A DNA stretch of 64,000 nt, taken from contig OX597837.1 in assembly GCA_951406725.2 (NCBI GenBank), positions 29,450,001 through 29,514,000 on the forward strand, in the 5' to 3' direction. Positions within the stretch are counted from its first letter, which is position 1; each line of letters opens with the position of its first letter. The DNA comes from Octopus vulgaris. Its lineage: Eukaryota. Under the pieces are notes generated by a model. It did no database searches, had not been told where the DNA came from, and worked only from the letters and a program-made list of their open reading frames with translations. Position numbers and translations under genes: made by a program. Positions 12,928-25,590 of this stretch are shown piece by piece.

Positions 12928-13438
12928 CTAGCAGTATCGCCCGGCGTTGCTCGGGTTTGTAAGGGAAATAACTATATAAGCATTTTTAGAGAGTTACTTC
13001 CCTTATAGATGCCAATTCGGGCTTTCTTAGCCATTTCTGTTTTGGTGTCTTCAAGCCATGAAGTCGTTGTTCTAAAAGAACGCTGGTCTCCTTGACAACG
13101 CTTTACGACGTTGATTTCCTTACACTCCCTTCCCCATAGCTTCACGAGGGAAGAAGGGGGAGAAGCAAACAGGTGCAGGTGTGACCATGGACGCCAACTC
13201 CGCTGCCATCGTCACACGAAAAATTATGCATTAAAATGGAATAAAAAATGATGTTAAATTATTTTTAAAATCATAGACTCATCATAGACGCGCGCTAATA
13301 GCCAGACGGGCTCGATATGAATCACGACTATAAGATACCCGAATTTGGTTAAACTGCACCGCAAAATGTGGGAGGAGTTAGGAATCTAAATCGAAGGGGA
13401 CAGACACTCACACAACTACAGTTTTATATATATATAGA
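12928..13438 (-). mobile_element. Non-autonomous Helitron-like element, same family as 7101
   Basis: Same termini and shared blocks, different internal segment. Confidence 0.7.
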
Positions 13439-13653
13439 TATATATACATATATGTGGCAGGGGGTGGTGATCCCTGCTGTACTCTTTCACCACAACTTTC
13501 ACCACAACTTTCTCTCATTCTTTCTTCTGTTGGCCTGCTCGCTTAGCCAGCGGGGTGGCGTCATTCGAAGGCTAAAACAATGCGAAGCGCATTGTGACCA
13601 GCGATGTGTAGCAACATCTGATGGTCTGGTCGGTCACGTGATATATATATATA

Positions 13654-13960
13654 TATAAAAAATAGAAAAGAGTGAAAAAACTACAGAAGGCTTGTTTTAT
13701 AAGGTTAAACAATATATTTAAATCGTTATGTTAGAAAAATGTTATAAAATTTTGTGTATAGTAACATAGTTTTTGGAGAAATAACCGGTTTTGTGTAAAC
13801 TTTGCAAATTTCTTCATTACACAAAATTTTATAACATTTTTCTAACATAACTACTTAAATATATTGTTTAACCTTATAAAACAAGCCTTCTGTAGTTTTT
13901 TCACTCTTTTCTATTTTTTATACATCCAACCACGTGCTTTCACACACCAACTTTCTCACC
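13654..13960. mobile_element. Fold-back insert in (TA)n
   Basis: Arms 13654-13758 and 13818-13922, tail to 13960, (TA)n on both sides; spacer reads UGAAGA...AAAACCGGUU on minus strand (decayed hammerhead-like). Confidence 0.6.
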
Positions 13961-14159
13961 TATATATATATATATAACTAATTAGTACATAGGTAATCGT
14001 TTTTTATTTCGTATATTTTCATTTGTCTTGCTTATTTTTACACTTTGGTCTTTTTGCTGCATTTTTTCTTGAGAACACACACTTCGTGGAAAATGGCGAT
14101 TTTGACGTCTATATCTAGCATACAGGCTGTCCATTTTTAGTGGTCAGTCCTCTAAATTT

Positions 14160-14193
<34 letters not shown>

Positions 14194-14441
14194 CATACAT
14201 GCATACACATATATATAGTTTATTGTTCCATTAAGGTAGGATTAACAAAAAAAGTGCTCCATCCAGTGAGAGATTTTTCCCATTTAATGCATACAGTATT
14301 TAAAACAAGTGTTACCAATGGTTTCTTGTCACAGAGACACTGTGATTAGACAGAGCTATATAACATAACTCTTATTTCAAGTAGCTGTTAGCAACTATCA
14401 GTATATCATTGGCAAGAAACTATAAGCAGCTCTTATCTTAA

Positions 14442-15067
14442 CCTTTTAGCATTTAAACTGACAATATCTGGCCAAAATTTTATACCTGCTTTACATTCAA
14501 ACTGGCCAAATTTGGCCCCTCACACCTACCTTACAAAGCCATTCTAAGGCGCAGGAGTGGCTGCGTGGTAAGTAGCTTGCTAACCAACCACATGGTTCCG
14601 GGTTCAGTCCCACTGCGTGGCATCTTGGGCAAGTGTCTTCTGCTATAGCCCCGGGCCGACCAATGCCTTGTGAGTGGATTTGGTAGACGGAAACTGAAAG
14701 AAGCCTCTCGTATATATGTGTATATATGTATATGTATGTGTTTGTGCGTCTGTGTTTGTCCCCCAAGCATTGCTTGACAACCGATGCTGGTGTATTTACG
14801 TCCCCGTCACTTAGCGGTTCGGCAAAAGAGACCGATAGAATGAGTACTGGGCTTACAAAGAATAAGTCCCGGGGTCGATTTGCTCGACTAAAGGCGGTGC
14901 TCCAGCATGGCCGCAGTCAAATGACTGAAACAAGTAAAAGAGTACCACGTCGTCAAACACTTGAAGCTACAAGATAATACAAGATTAATTCAAAATAATA
15001 TGGATAAGCTTTACAAAACGAGGTGAATAAATAAGCATTTGACAGAGTAATCTGAATGCTTAATGGT
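14442..15067. mobile_element. Decayed piggyBac-like MITE interrupted by a SINE
   Basis: TTAA-CCTTTTAGCATTTAAA...TCTGAATGCTTAATGG-TTCA. Confidence 0.4.
14548..14944 (+). mobile_element. SINE family 1 (tRNA head, CORE-like CCTTGGGCAAGT, internal TA/TG microsatellite, AGTAAAAG tail)
   Basis: Further copies: + 8698-9015, 20736-21161, 22730-23605, 25052-25270, 28816-29220, 31130-31378, 38732-39134, 45698-46100, 48153-48585, 49490-49755, 55148-55326, 55333-55733; - 3592-4503, 21675-22300, 24465-24674, 37715-38126, 42158-42580, 53488-53926, 59734-59833, 60074-60524. Confidence 0.9.
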
Positions 15068-15295
15068 TCAAGACTGTGTACTTGGCATTAGAAAGAGCAT
15101 CAAGCCATTGAAACCAGGCCAGATAAGACTACAGCTTGGTACAGCTCATCAGCTTGCTAGCCCTGGTCAAACCATCCAACCCATGCCAGCATGGAAAAAC
15201 AGACGTTAAAGGATGATGATGATGATGATAAAATGATATTTATCTCTCACTTGATGAAGTACTTTGTTTGTAGATCCTGCCTTAACAGAACAGTG

Positions 15296-15341
<46 letters not shown>

Positions 15342-15614
15342 ATATATGTATGTGAGTGAGTGTGTGTATGTATGTATATATGTATATATATGTATGTATA
15401 TATGTATGTATATGCATATATCTATGTATGTATATGCATATATATGTATGTATATATACATACATACATATACATCCATACATATACATACATATACATA
15501 CATACATACATACATACACATACATATACATACATACACATACATATACATACATATACATACATACATACATATACATACATATACATACATATATATA
15601 CACATATATGTAAA

Positions 15615-15781
15615 TATGTACCGAGAGTAATACAAAATCAAGCATCCAGTCAACATCAGGGTGTTTGGAGTGATCACTAGTGATGGCAATGCTATGTCTC
15701 ATTCATCTTCCCACACGGCCTCAGACTCAACACGGAGGCCTACATCAAGTGCCTGGAAGAGGTAATGCTGCCCTGGGTCAA
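15615..15781 (+). mobile_element. Tc1/mariner transposase fragment
   Basis: [43 protein letters not shown] (with frameshift), typical of the region between the first and second catalytic Asp. Confidence 0.65.
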
Positions 15782-17181
15782 TATTACCGGTTTCAATGTA
15801 TCGCATCTTACCAAACAGCATTAAACATTTTTTTAAATTTGAAGTAAAAATAGCTTGATAAATTGTTTTTACTTCAAATTTAAAAAAAATTTTTTACTGA
15901 TGCTTGATATGATGAGATACATCGAAACCGGTAATATTTTCTTTATATAATTTTTTATTAAATTTCCTCTTAAATTGAAATGTCTTACACTTACTACTGT
16001 ACTATTTCTATCTCCATCTTTTACACACACACATACACACATACTTACATACATACATATATATATAGTGAGGGCGCATGGCTTAGTGGTTAGCACATTC
16101 AGCTCATGATCATAAGGTTGTGAGTTCGATTCCTGGTGACACATTGTGTCCTTGAGCAAGACACTTTATTTCACGTTGCTCCAGTCCACTCACCTGGCAA
16201 AAATGAGTAGTACCTGTATTTCAAAGGGCCGGCCTTGTCACACTCTGTGTCATGCGGAATCTCCTTGTGAACTACATTAAGGGTACACGTGTCTGTGGAA
16301 TGCTCAGCACATTAATTTCATGAGCAAGCTGTTCCGTTGATTGTACCAGCTGGGACCCTCGTCATCATAACTGACAGAATGCTCTTATATATATATATAT
16401 ATAATCGCATACATATGTGTACTGAAAAGGTTGTTTACCTAGGCATATATATACTAATCTTTTACAAGAACAGGAGTGACAGTAGCTTTGAGGTCTTTCT
16501 TGTCAGAGTGCTTTGTGCATTTATGTGTGTTTGTAGTGTATACATGTATGTGTGTATAATGTATATATTTGTTGTAGTCAAGCTGCAACTAAGAACATAT
16601 TTCTGTTGTTACTGTTCAAAGAATTTGGTTATAAATTTTATAGGAAAGAAGAATGTGGAGTAGAGAGAAAGGTAATTAACAAATGTATTATATGCAAATG
16701 AAGCAATTACAAATTAGATGATGCAGTACTTTAAGATAATTGATGATAAGATGTAATAATGACAATAACAATATGATTGATATTTTAAAATTTAAAACAG
16801 GAAAGAAAAGAAAGAAAAAACATAAGATTTATAGACTTATGTAACAACTGTGAGTGAGAAAAGTAAAATATATTTTCAGATTTATGTATACATATATAAG
16901 TATGTAAGTATGTATGTACAGAATATAAATACAAATGTATTGATGTGCACACACACACACATACATACACTTATACACATAAATCAATCAAAAGTTTATA
17001 TTGTATGGCATTCCACACAGCTGTAGATGTCTGTTTCTTTTCATAAGCATACTACTAGCTTCTCTGAATTATTTCCTTTAGCTCATTTATGTTTAATTTA
17101 TGCAAATTACATTGGCCACAATCGTGTTCAACTTTTTTTGTATAAGTCTTAGACCCTTTACTGATAGAGAGTGGTTAGGAC

Positions 17182-17231
17182 AACTGTTATACTGATGATG
17201 TCTTTTGAAGCAGAAACCTGTGTCCATGGTT
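17182..17231 (+). ncRNA. Degenerate hammerhead-like motif
   Basis: CUGAUGA-UG(U)CUU-UUG-AAGCA-GAA-AC-CUGU-GU-C; imperfect stem I; AATAAA downstream. Confidence 0.3.
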
Positions 17232-17297
17232 GACTTCTTATCTCCAGACAATAAACCTGTTCTTTTTTTTTTACCTTGATGGTATATTAACTTTGCA

Positions 17298-17530
17298 AAG
17301 GCGGCAAGCTGGCAGAAAAGTTAGCACGCCGGGCGAAATGCTTTGCAGTATTTCGTCTGCCACTACGTTCTGAGTTCAAATTCCGCCGAGGTCGACTTTG
17401 CCTTTCATCCTTTCAGAGTCGATTAAATAAGTACCAGTTACGCACTGGAGTCGATGTAATCGACTTAATCCGTTTGTCTGTCCTTGTTTGTCCTCTCTGT
17501 GTTTAGCCCCTTGTGGGTAGTAAAAAAATA
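17298..17530 (+). mobile_element. SINE family 3 (Meta-domain-like GCCTTTCATCCTTTCGGGGTCGATAAA)
   Basis: 17-bp TSD GGTATATT(A/T)ACTTTGCA; other copies 23800-23985, 39310-39511, 39876-40272, 40940-41508, 55945-56510 (-), 62515-62742; older variants 31380-32440, 37410-37610, 55750-55930, 56535-56665. Confidence 0.85.
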
Positions 17531-18298
17531 GGTATATTTACTTTGCAGAATCCTCGATTCTTGAGATTACCTCCCCTTCTCATATGGCACTGGTTTCAAA
17601 AACAATGTCAATTGTGACACATTCTCTAGAGGCTGAGATAATTTTGATAAACCAAGAATTTATGTTGCACCATATTTGATATACCAGGATCTGTCTGAGT
17701 GTACGTGCATCTCTGTGTATGTGTAGAACATAATTCACCTAGGTGATGACGACACTATACTGAATGAATATGAAGCATTCCTAATTAATTCAAATTCACT
17801 TTTTAACAGGAGACAAGAAACCAACAGCAGTAGCTGCAGCCAAAGAAAGGGAGAGATAACTTGAATAAATTAAAGTTTAATTGCCTGATAAATTCACTGA
17901 ATTAGTAAATCTTAATACATTTTATTTATTATTTAATAATTTGATAAGTCAGTAAATTAAATACATTTAACAACTAATTAATTTAGAAGGAAAAAATCTG
18001 ATGTGCGTTTGCAGGCAAGGAAACAGCAACCGTGCAATGGGCATGTTTCAGCCTTCTTAGATCTCATCTGCAAAGTATAGTCTTCTGAAGCTTGCTTTAA
18101 TGAGTGGGAAAAGAATTTGAAAAGTAGGAAAAAAAGAGTCCCAAAGACTTTTGGCCAATATAATTTGCATAATTGCCAAAAATGAAAAAAGAAAAGAGCT
18201 AAGGGAAATAACACAAAGATATCATGGGTTAGTTGACCATCTTAATGAACTGAGAGAAGTCAACAAAAATCCTAGGGAAATTGTAATAAATTCTCACA

Positions 18299-18337
<39 letters not shown>

Positions 18338-18765
18338 TGCATGCATTTGAGTATAATATGATAAAAGATGGGACAAGCAGTTAATGGTATCAAAACATTC
18401 ATAAGTTAGTTATATGGAAATGAGTATAAATATAATTAAGGAAAATAAGGAATGCAAGAGTTCTTATAGTTCTTCACAGATAAATAGATATCTGGCAAGT
18501 TCATACTCTAACACACAATGCATAATATTGAACTTATTGATCAACACACACCAGAAACAGCTGTAAAGGATGTTCTGTAGTCTCCTTGCTCTTATCTGGG
18601 TGGTTAGAATATGAATCCTCTAGATAACTATCTATCCATGAAGGACTACTACAAAAGACTACATGGATTCTCCTCTCTTTTATCTGTGATATTAGAGTAT
18701 GAACTTTCAGGATATTTACCCACCAACGAAGAACTAATATGAATTCTCACTCTCCTGAGTATTTC

Positions 18766-18961
18766 TATTTTTATCTTTCTGTTTAATTATATTTATACTC
18801 ACTTCAGTATAACTATTTTATAAATGCTTTGACACCATTATCAACTGTTTGTCCCCTTCTTTTATTTTTATCTTTCTGTTTAATTATATTTATACTCACT
18901 TCAGTATAACTATTTTATAAATGCTTTGACACCATTATCAACTGTTTGTCCCCTTCTTTTA
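18766..18961. repeat. About 97-bp tandem duplication
   Basis: Two near-identical adjacent copies; a comparable 61-bp duplication lies at 22564-22687. Confidence 0.9.
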
Positions 18962-19503
18962 TTCTTTTGTACTTTCATTTGCTCGACTGGTACATTACCT
19001 ATAGCTGATGTTTACCTGCCTGGGTCCCATCTCATATCACTTGATGTTGGATTATAGATAATTTGTCCAGTCTGAGCACTAATTGTCTGTGTCTATTACA
19101 CATCTTTCTTTTGACACACTCTTACACATCATATATATATATTATATATATATATTATACATTATATATATATATTATACATTATATATATTATATTATA
19201 TATATATATATATATATATTATATTATATATATATATATATTATATATATATATTATATTATATATATATTATATATATATATTATATTATATATATATT
19301 ATATATATATATTATATTATATATATATTATATATATATATTATATTATATATATATTATATATATATATTATATTATATATATATATTATATTATATAT
19401 ATATATTATATTATATTATATATATATTATATATATAATATATATATACACACACACAAACTCACACTCTGAAACATTGTTGAACAAGTTTTCCTTGACT
19501 TAC

Positions 19504-19801
19504 CACTTCCAAAGGCAAATCCCCAGGGTACGGATACAACCATCGAGGCAATGGAGCGGGTGAGATGGAATTCGTCGAGCAGTTCGATGTAGAAGAGCCC
19601 CATGCAGCCAAGAAACCCCATCATCATGAAAAGGTTCAGTGACATCATGACCAGCAACATCCCTTCAAACAAGCTGAAGCCCTTCTTTATGTTCTGCTGC
19701 TTCTCCTTATCGATCTCACACACATCGTCGAGTGATGCCAAGAAGGATATCTTCGATGTCGTCAGCGAATGATTTGGGATCAGTTTCTGACTGACTTGGC
19801 T
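19504..19801 (-). CDS. Internal coding exon of a monocarboxylate transporter (SLC16/MFS) family gene, TM1-TM2
   Basis: Acceptor TTTTGTGAACAG| at 19802, donor |GTAAGT at 19503; 298 nt open: SQVSQKLIPNHS...MGFLGCMGLFYIELLDEFHLTRSIASMVVSVPWGFAFGSG. Resembles the SLC16 TM1/TM2 pattern (GxFyxeLLxxFxxsRsxxSxIxS) with a phase-1 intron at the Gly after TM2. No further exon recognised in 1-19503. Confidence 0.8.
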
Positions 19802-20078
19802 CTGTTCACAAAATAAATAAATAAATAAATGGATAGATAAAAAAAATAGAATAAAATAAAAGCAAATTAAGAAAAGAACAGGGAAGAATGAGAGAAAAGA
19901 ATGAGGGAGAGAGGAATATGTAGTGAGGGATGATGTGAAGATGCCAGGGAAAGGGTGAAGAGAGAAAGAATGAGCTGAAGAGGAAAGAAAGGAAATCCAA
20001 TTCTCTCCATTTTCTTTCCTTCAAAAAAAAAAATATATATATACGCATTTTTTTCTGTCCCTGTTTCTTTTCTGCGTA

Positions 20079-20116
20079 TCTTTCTGTCGAAGAGCGTAGG
20101 CTCGAAACGTAAAAGA
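20079..20116 (+). ncRNA. Minimal hammerhead-like motif (variant core)
   Basis: UCUUU-CUGUCGA-A-GAGC-GUAG-GCUC-GAA-ACGU-A|AAAGA: perfect 5-bp stem I and 4-bp stem II, loopless palindromic stem III; core has U at position 6. Confidence 0.5.
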
Positions 20117-20902
20117 CTTGTTCTATTTCTATTCCTGAGCGCCATACTAATACAATTGTTTGTTTGTACTCCACCTACCTTCGTCTTTTGTTTATTTTCA
20201 TAAACCTTCCTGATACAAGAACATGGACTAAAATCTTCAAGAAAATACAAAATAACAAAATAATTTCAATGTCATGATTATCAAAAATGAAACCGGTGGA
20301 CAGCCACAATACTCTTTCATTTAAAATATGTTAAACCTTGATTGATACGAAGATCATTGCCCTTATGCTACTAAATAGTTTAGAAGCATAGGAAAGATGG
20401 AATTAAAAAGTTAGTATAAAGTGGTGGAAGGAGAAAAGTGGGAATAAGATAGAGAAGTGGTGGTGGTGGTGGTGGGATATAGATTATGAATGCTGTTTGA
20501 GAATGGGGGAATTACATAGCTACCCCTGAATACTTAAATATGATGATGGTACTAGGTTCAGGTAGGCCCCAGACTTCCAGCAGCTTGGCCTGGGTTCACA
20601 AAACTTAATTTTAATGTAACCTCCATTCTGTATTTATGAATGAAGGGGAAAATAATGAGTGTACCTTCTCCTTGACTTACGACTGAGTTCTGGTCGTATG
20701 TTGGATTTATATTTTTCGACATTGTTTTCATTGTAGGCGCAGGAGTGGCTGTGTGGTAAGTAGCTTGTTTACCAACCACATGGTTCCGGGTTCAGTCCCA
20801 CTGCGTGGCACCTTGGGCAAGTATCTTCTACTATAGCCTCGGGCCGACCAAAGCCTTGTGAGTGGATTTGGTAGACGAAAACTGAAAGAAGCCTGTCGCA
20901 TA

Positions 20903-20935
<33 letters not shown>

Positions 20936-21166
20936 GCGTGTGTGTGTTTGTGTGTCTGTGTTTGTCCCCCCTAGCATTGCTTGACAACCGATGCTGGTGT
21001 GTTTATGTCCCCGTTATTTGGCAGTTCGGCAAAAGAGACCGATAGAATAAGCACTGGGCTTACAAAAGAATAAGTCCTGGGGTCAAGTTACTCGACTAAA
21101 GGCGGTGCTCCAGCATGGCCGCAGTCAAATGACTGAAACAAGTAAAAGAGTAAAAAGAGTAATTCA

Positions 21167-21478
21167 AACAGGTATTAAATCCTCCATCCACATGAATAAC
21201 AATTTCTCCGTTTCATGAATGGGGCCCTGTCGTTGTTTGGTTAAAATTGTAGGCTTCATAGATGCAGAACCTTTCACAGCTTCATGAATTCTTTCTTTGT
21301 ATTTAAGTATCATCGCCACAGTGGAACACAATAGCTTCAAGTCACATGCTATTGTATTCAAATTCTTTCCACCTTCACACTGCCAGATAATCTTCATTTT
21401 ACAGTCTAAATCAATAACCTTCCTTGACTTCTAAGCTGGCGCATCTGTAGATGAAAGTATTTTCTTTTTACCAGTCAT
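21167..21478 (-). mobile_element. Tigger/pogo transposase N-terminal (CENP-B HTH) fragment
   Basis: KSRKVIDLDCKMKII...STVAMILKYKERIHEAVKGSASMK...EKLLFMWMED; in-frame stop upstream. Confidence 0.75.
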
Positions 21479-22036
21479 TTTAGAGGTATTTCAGATATAA
21501 TTGTAACAAATCCACATAAAACTGATATTTGAAAGCGACTGAGGGAGGGACAGAGCCAGGTAGTTGATGCCTGGGTCCAAGGGAGGCCTGCATTGCCAGA
21601 TACTGCTACAGTTATCATACATGCAGCTACCCAACGTCCAAAAATTGATGTTTTATTTATTTTATCTTTTTTTATCTTTCACTTGTTTCAGTCATTTGAC
21701 TGCGGCCATGCTGCAGCACCGCCTTTAATCGAGCAACTCGACCCCGGGACTTATTCTTTTGTAAGCCCAGTACTTATTCTATCGGTCTCTTTTGCTGAAC
21801 CGCTAAGTGACGGGGACATAAACACACCAGCATCGGTTGTCAAGCAATGCTAGGGGGACAAACACAGACACACAAGCATATATATACATATATACGACGG
21901 GCTTTTTCCAGTTTCCGTCTACCAAATCCACTCACAAGGCTTTGGTCGGCCCGAGGCTATAGCAGAAGACACTTGCCCAAGGTGCCATGCAGTGGGACTG
22001 ACCCGGAACCATGTGGTTGGTAAGCATGCTACTTAC

Positions 22037-22275
22037 TGTTGTTGTTATATATATATAATGTATTGAGTATTAAAGGAAGTAGTGAGTACTTAGTATGAAA
22101 GATTAAGAAAATGAGAGAGACTGAAAAAAACGTGTTAACGATACGAGATACTTTATTAGACTGCCGTTGTTGTACAAGGTATTTTTTGTGGCGGGAAACT
22201 TACTGAATGTCCTTGTATCAAGGGAGACAATGGGTAACGTTGGTTGTTCATGTTTGTTGTGATGATTACATAACA
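22037..22275 (-). mobile_element. Solo LTR inserted in a SINE
   Basis: TGTT...AACA ends, perfect 5-bp TSD CTTAC, AATAAA on minus strand. Confidence 0.75.
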
Positions 22276-22869
22276 CTTACCACACAGCCACTCCTGCGCC
22301 TATTAATTCATTTATCTTTTAATCTCTTTGTGGTTGTAAGTGCAGATGGTTGTAAGATGCATAGATCATAAGTCAAGGAGAAGGTGTACTATCATTGTTT
22401 TGTTAGCTACAGTGAAACAGTTTACATGGTCGAGAGAGCAGTTTGTTTGTTAGTTTCAATGCACACATGTATGTTTAACCCAAGTATTTATGCATAAGTG
22501 AAAACATACACACGAACACAATTGCGTATGTGCATACATAGATGTGTGTGTCGTTTCCTATTCATCACAGTCCGCCAAACCTTAACAGAGCAGTTTAAGA
22601 CCAGTTGCCTGTGAGAACTGCCTTATCACAGTCCGCCAAACCTTAACAGAGCAGTTTAAGACCAGTTGCCTGTGAGAACTGCCTTATGCTGATGGCTGTC
22701 TTCTTATAGCTGATTGGCTTATGAAACACATAGTTTCGGGTTCAGTCCACTGCGTGGCACCTTGGGCAAGTGTCTTCTACTATAGCCTCGGGCCGACCAA
22801 AGCCTTGTGAGTAGATTTGGTAGATGGAAACTGAAAGAAGACTGTCGTATATATGCACATTTATTTATG

Positions 22870-22889
22870 TGTGTGTATGTGTGTGTATA

Positions 22890-22924
<35 letters not shown>

Positions 22925-23037
22925 ATATGTTTGTATATGTTTGTGTGTGTGTGTGTGTATATGTTTGTGTGTGTGTGTGTGTATATGTTTGTGTGTATGT
23001 GTGTGTATATGTTTGTGTGTATGTGTGTGTATATGTT

Positions 23038-23068
<31 letters not shown>

Positions 23069-23405
23069 GTGTGTGTATATGTTTGTGTGTGTGTGTATAT
23101 GTTTGTGTGTATGTGTGTGTATATGTTTGTGTGTATGTGTGTGTATATGCTTGTGTGTGTGTGTGTGTATATGTTTGTGTGTATGTGTGTGTATATGTTT
23201 GTGTGTATGTGTGTGTATATGTTTGTGTGTATGTGTGTGTATATGTTTGTGTGTATGTGTGTGTATATGTTTGTGTGTATGTGTGTGTATATGTTTGTGT
23301 GTATGTGTGTGTATATGTTTGTGTGTATGTGTGTGTGTATGTGTGTGTATATGCTTGTGTGTATGTGTGTGTATATGTTTGTGTGTATGTGTGTGTATAT
23401 GTTTG
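22870..23405. repeat. 24-bp TG/TA minisatellite expanded inside a family 1 SINE
   Basis: GTGTGTATATGTTTGTGTGTATGT units. Confidence 0.9.
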
Positions 23406-24131
23406 TCATCCCCAACATCGTTTAAAAACTGATGCTGGTGTGTTTACGCCCCTGTAACTTAGTGGTTCGACAAAAGAAACCGAAAGAATAAGTGCTAGGT
23501 TTACAAAGAATAAGTCCTGGAGTCAATTTGCTCAACTAAAGGCAGTGCCCCAACATGGCCACAGTCACATGACTGAAACAAGTAAAAGAGTAAAAGAGTA
23601 AAGAGTGGAAGCAAAACCTGGAACCGGAGGACCTCAGAATTAATTTAGCAAAGATCAAAGTTTTAGTAAGTAGGAAAACAAACAAAACTCTGCTGCCATC
23701 AGGGAAATGGCCTCACACATCATCAGCATTATCATCATCATGTAACAGCTGTCTTCCATGCTGGCATGAGTTGGACGGTTTGACAGGAACTAAGGAATTA
23801 AGGCGGCGGGCTGGTAGAAATGTTAGCACGCCGGGCGAAATGTGTGGCCGTATTTCGTCTGCCATTACGTTCTGAGTTCAAATTCCGCCAAGGTCGACTT
23901 TGCCTTTCATCCTTTCGGGGTCGATAAATTAAGTACCAGTTACGCACTGGGGTCGATGTAATCGATTTAATCCGTTTGTCTTCCATGCTGGCATGAGTTA
24001 GACGGTTTGACAGGAGCTGTCCAGCCAGAGAGCTGTTCAGGCTCTAATCACCTGTTTTGGTATAGTTTTTATACCTACCACTTTACAGAATGGACTGGGT
24101 GCTTTTTACATGGCACAAGAACTGGTGAGGA

Positions 24132-24459
24132 CTATTTGGCATAGTTTTATGGTTAGAGGTACTTTCAAATGCTGACCATTCTACAGTGTGGACTGGATGC
24201 TTTTTTTTATGTGGCACCAGTTCTGGTGAGGTTACCATGTAGCCTACAAGACAAAAATCCTTTGAGCAGGGTGGTAGCATTAGAGGAGGTGGGTTTGTGC
24301 CAGATGATGGGAGATTAGATTATGACAGAGGAGCAAAAAAAGGTGTCTTGCTGCAGAGGAGATGCATGGTTGCCCCAGTCAGAGGGAGAGAGTGAGAGTG
24401 AGTGAGAACGAGAGTGGAAGAGTATAATACGCAGGGGATTATATAAAGGATGTTACATG

Positions 24460-24507
<48 letters not shown>

Positions 24508-25218
24508 CATACAACGGGCTTCTTTCAGTTTCTGTTTACCAAATCCACTCACAAGGCTTTGGTCGGCCCGAGGCTATAGTAGAAGACAGTCGCCCAAGGT
24601 GCCACGCAGTGGGACTGAGCCCGGAACCATGTGGTTGGTAAACAAGCGACTTATCACACAGCCACTCCTGCGCCTATGCTCAGAATTTCTAATTAACTAG
24701 GAGATAACACAGAAACACATGTAGGTTTTAAAATTCTTTTTGAGCTTTTACAACTTATAAACAATTTATTTGTATTGTAATATTTTTAAAAGAAATTTTT
24801 CAACATTTTTTAACACACATAAATTTTTCATACATCCAATTCTCTCCATTTTCTTTCCTTCAAGACATATATATATATATAGACATATATATATATATAT
24901 ATGCAAGAACATATCTTCTCAAAGATATATATATGTATAAAAACATTACAATACAAATAAATTGTTTATAAGTTGTAAAAGCTCAAAAAGAATTTTAAAA
25001 CCTACATGTGTTTCTGTGTTATCTCCTAGTTAATTAGAAATTCTGAGCATAGGCGCAGGAGTGGTTGTGTGATAAGTCGCTTGTTTACCAACCACATGGT
25101 TCCGGGCTCAGTCCCATTGCGTGGCACCTTGGGCAAGTGTCTTCTACTATAGCCTCGGGCCAACCAAAGCCTTGTGAGTGGATTTGGTAAACAGAAACTG
25201 AAAGAAGCCCGTTGTATG

Positions 25219-25268
<50 letters not shown>

Positions 25269-25590
25269 CATGTAACATCCTTTATATAATCCCCTGCGTA
25301 TTATACTCTTCCACTCTCGTTCTCACTCACTCTCACCCTCTGACTGGGGCAACCATGCATCTCCTCTGCAGCAAGACACCTTTTTTGCTCCTCTGTCATA
25401 ATCTAATCTCCCATCATCTGGCACAAACCCACCTTCTCTAATGCTACCACCCTGCTCAAAGGATTTTTGTATTGTAGGCTACATGGTAACCTCACCAGAA
25501 CTGGTGCCACATAAAAAAAAAACATTCAGTCCACACTGTAGAATGGTCAGCATTTGAAAGTACCTCTAACCATAAAACTATGCCAAATAG
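24132..25590. repeat. About 655-bp inverted duplication
   Basis: 24132-24787 is the near-identical reverse complement of 24938-25590; 150-nt TA-rich spacer. Confidence 0.9.

Noticed and set aside
18043-18072. Minus-strand CAGAUGA...GAAACAUGCC hammerhead remnant
   Set aside because: Core, stem II and cleavage site are all mutated; too degenerate to call.
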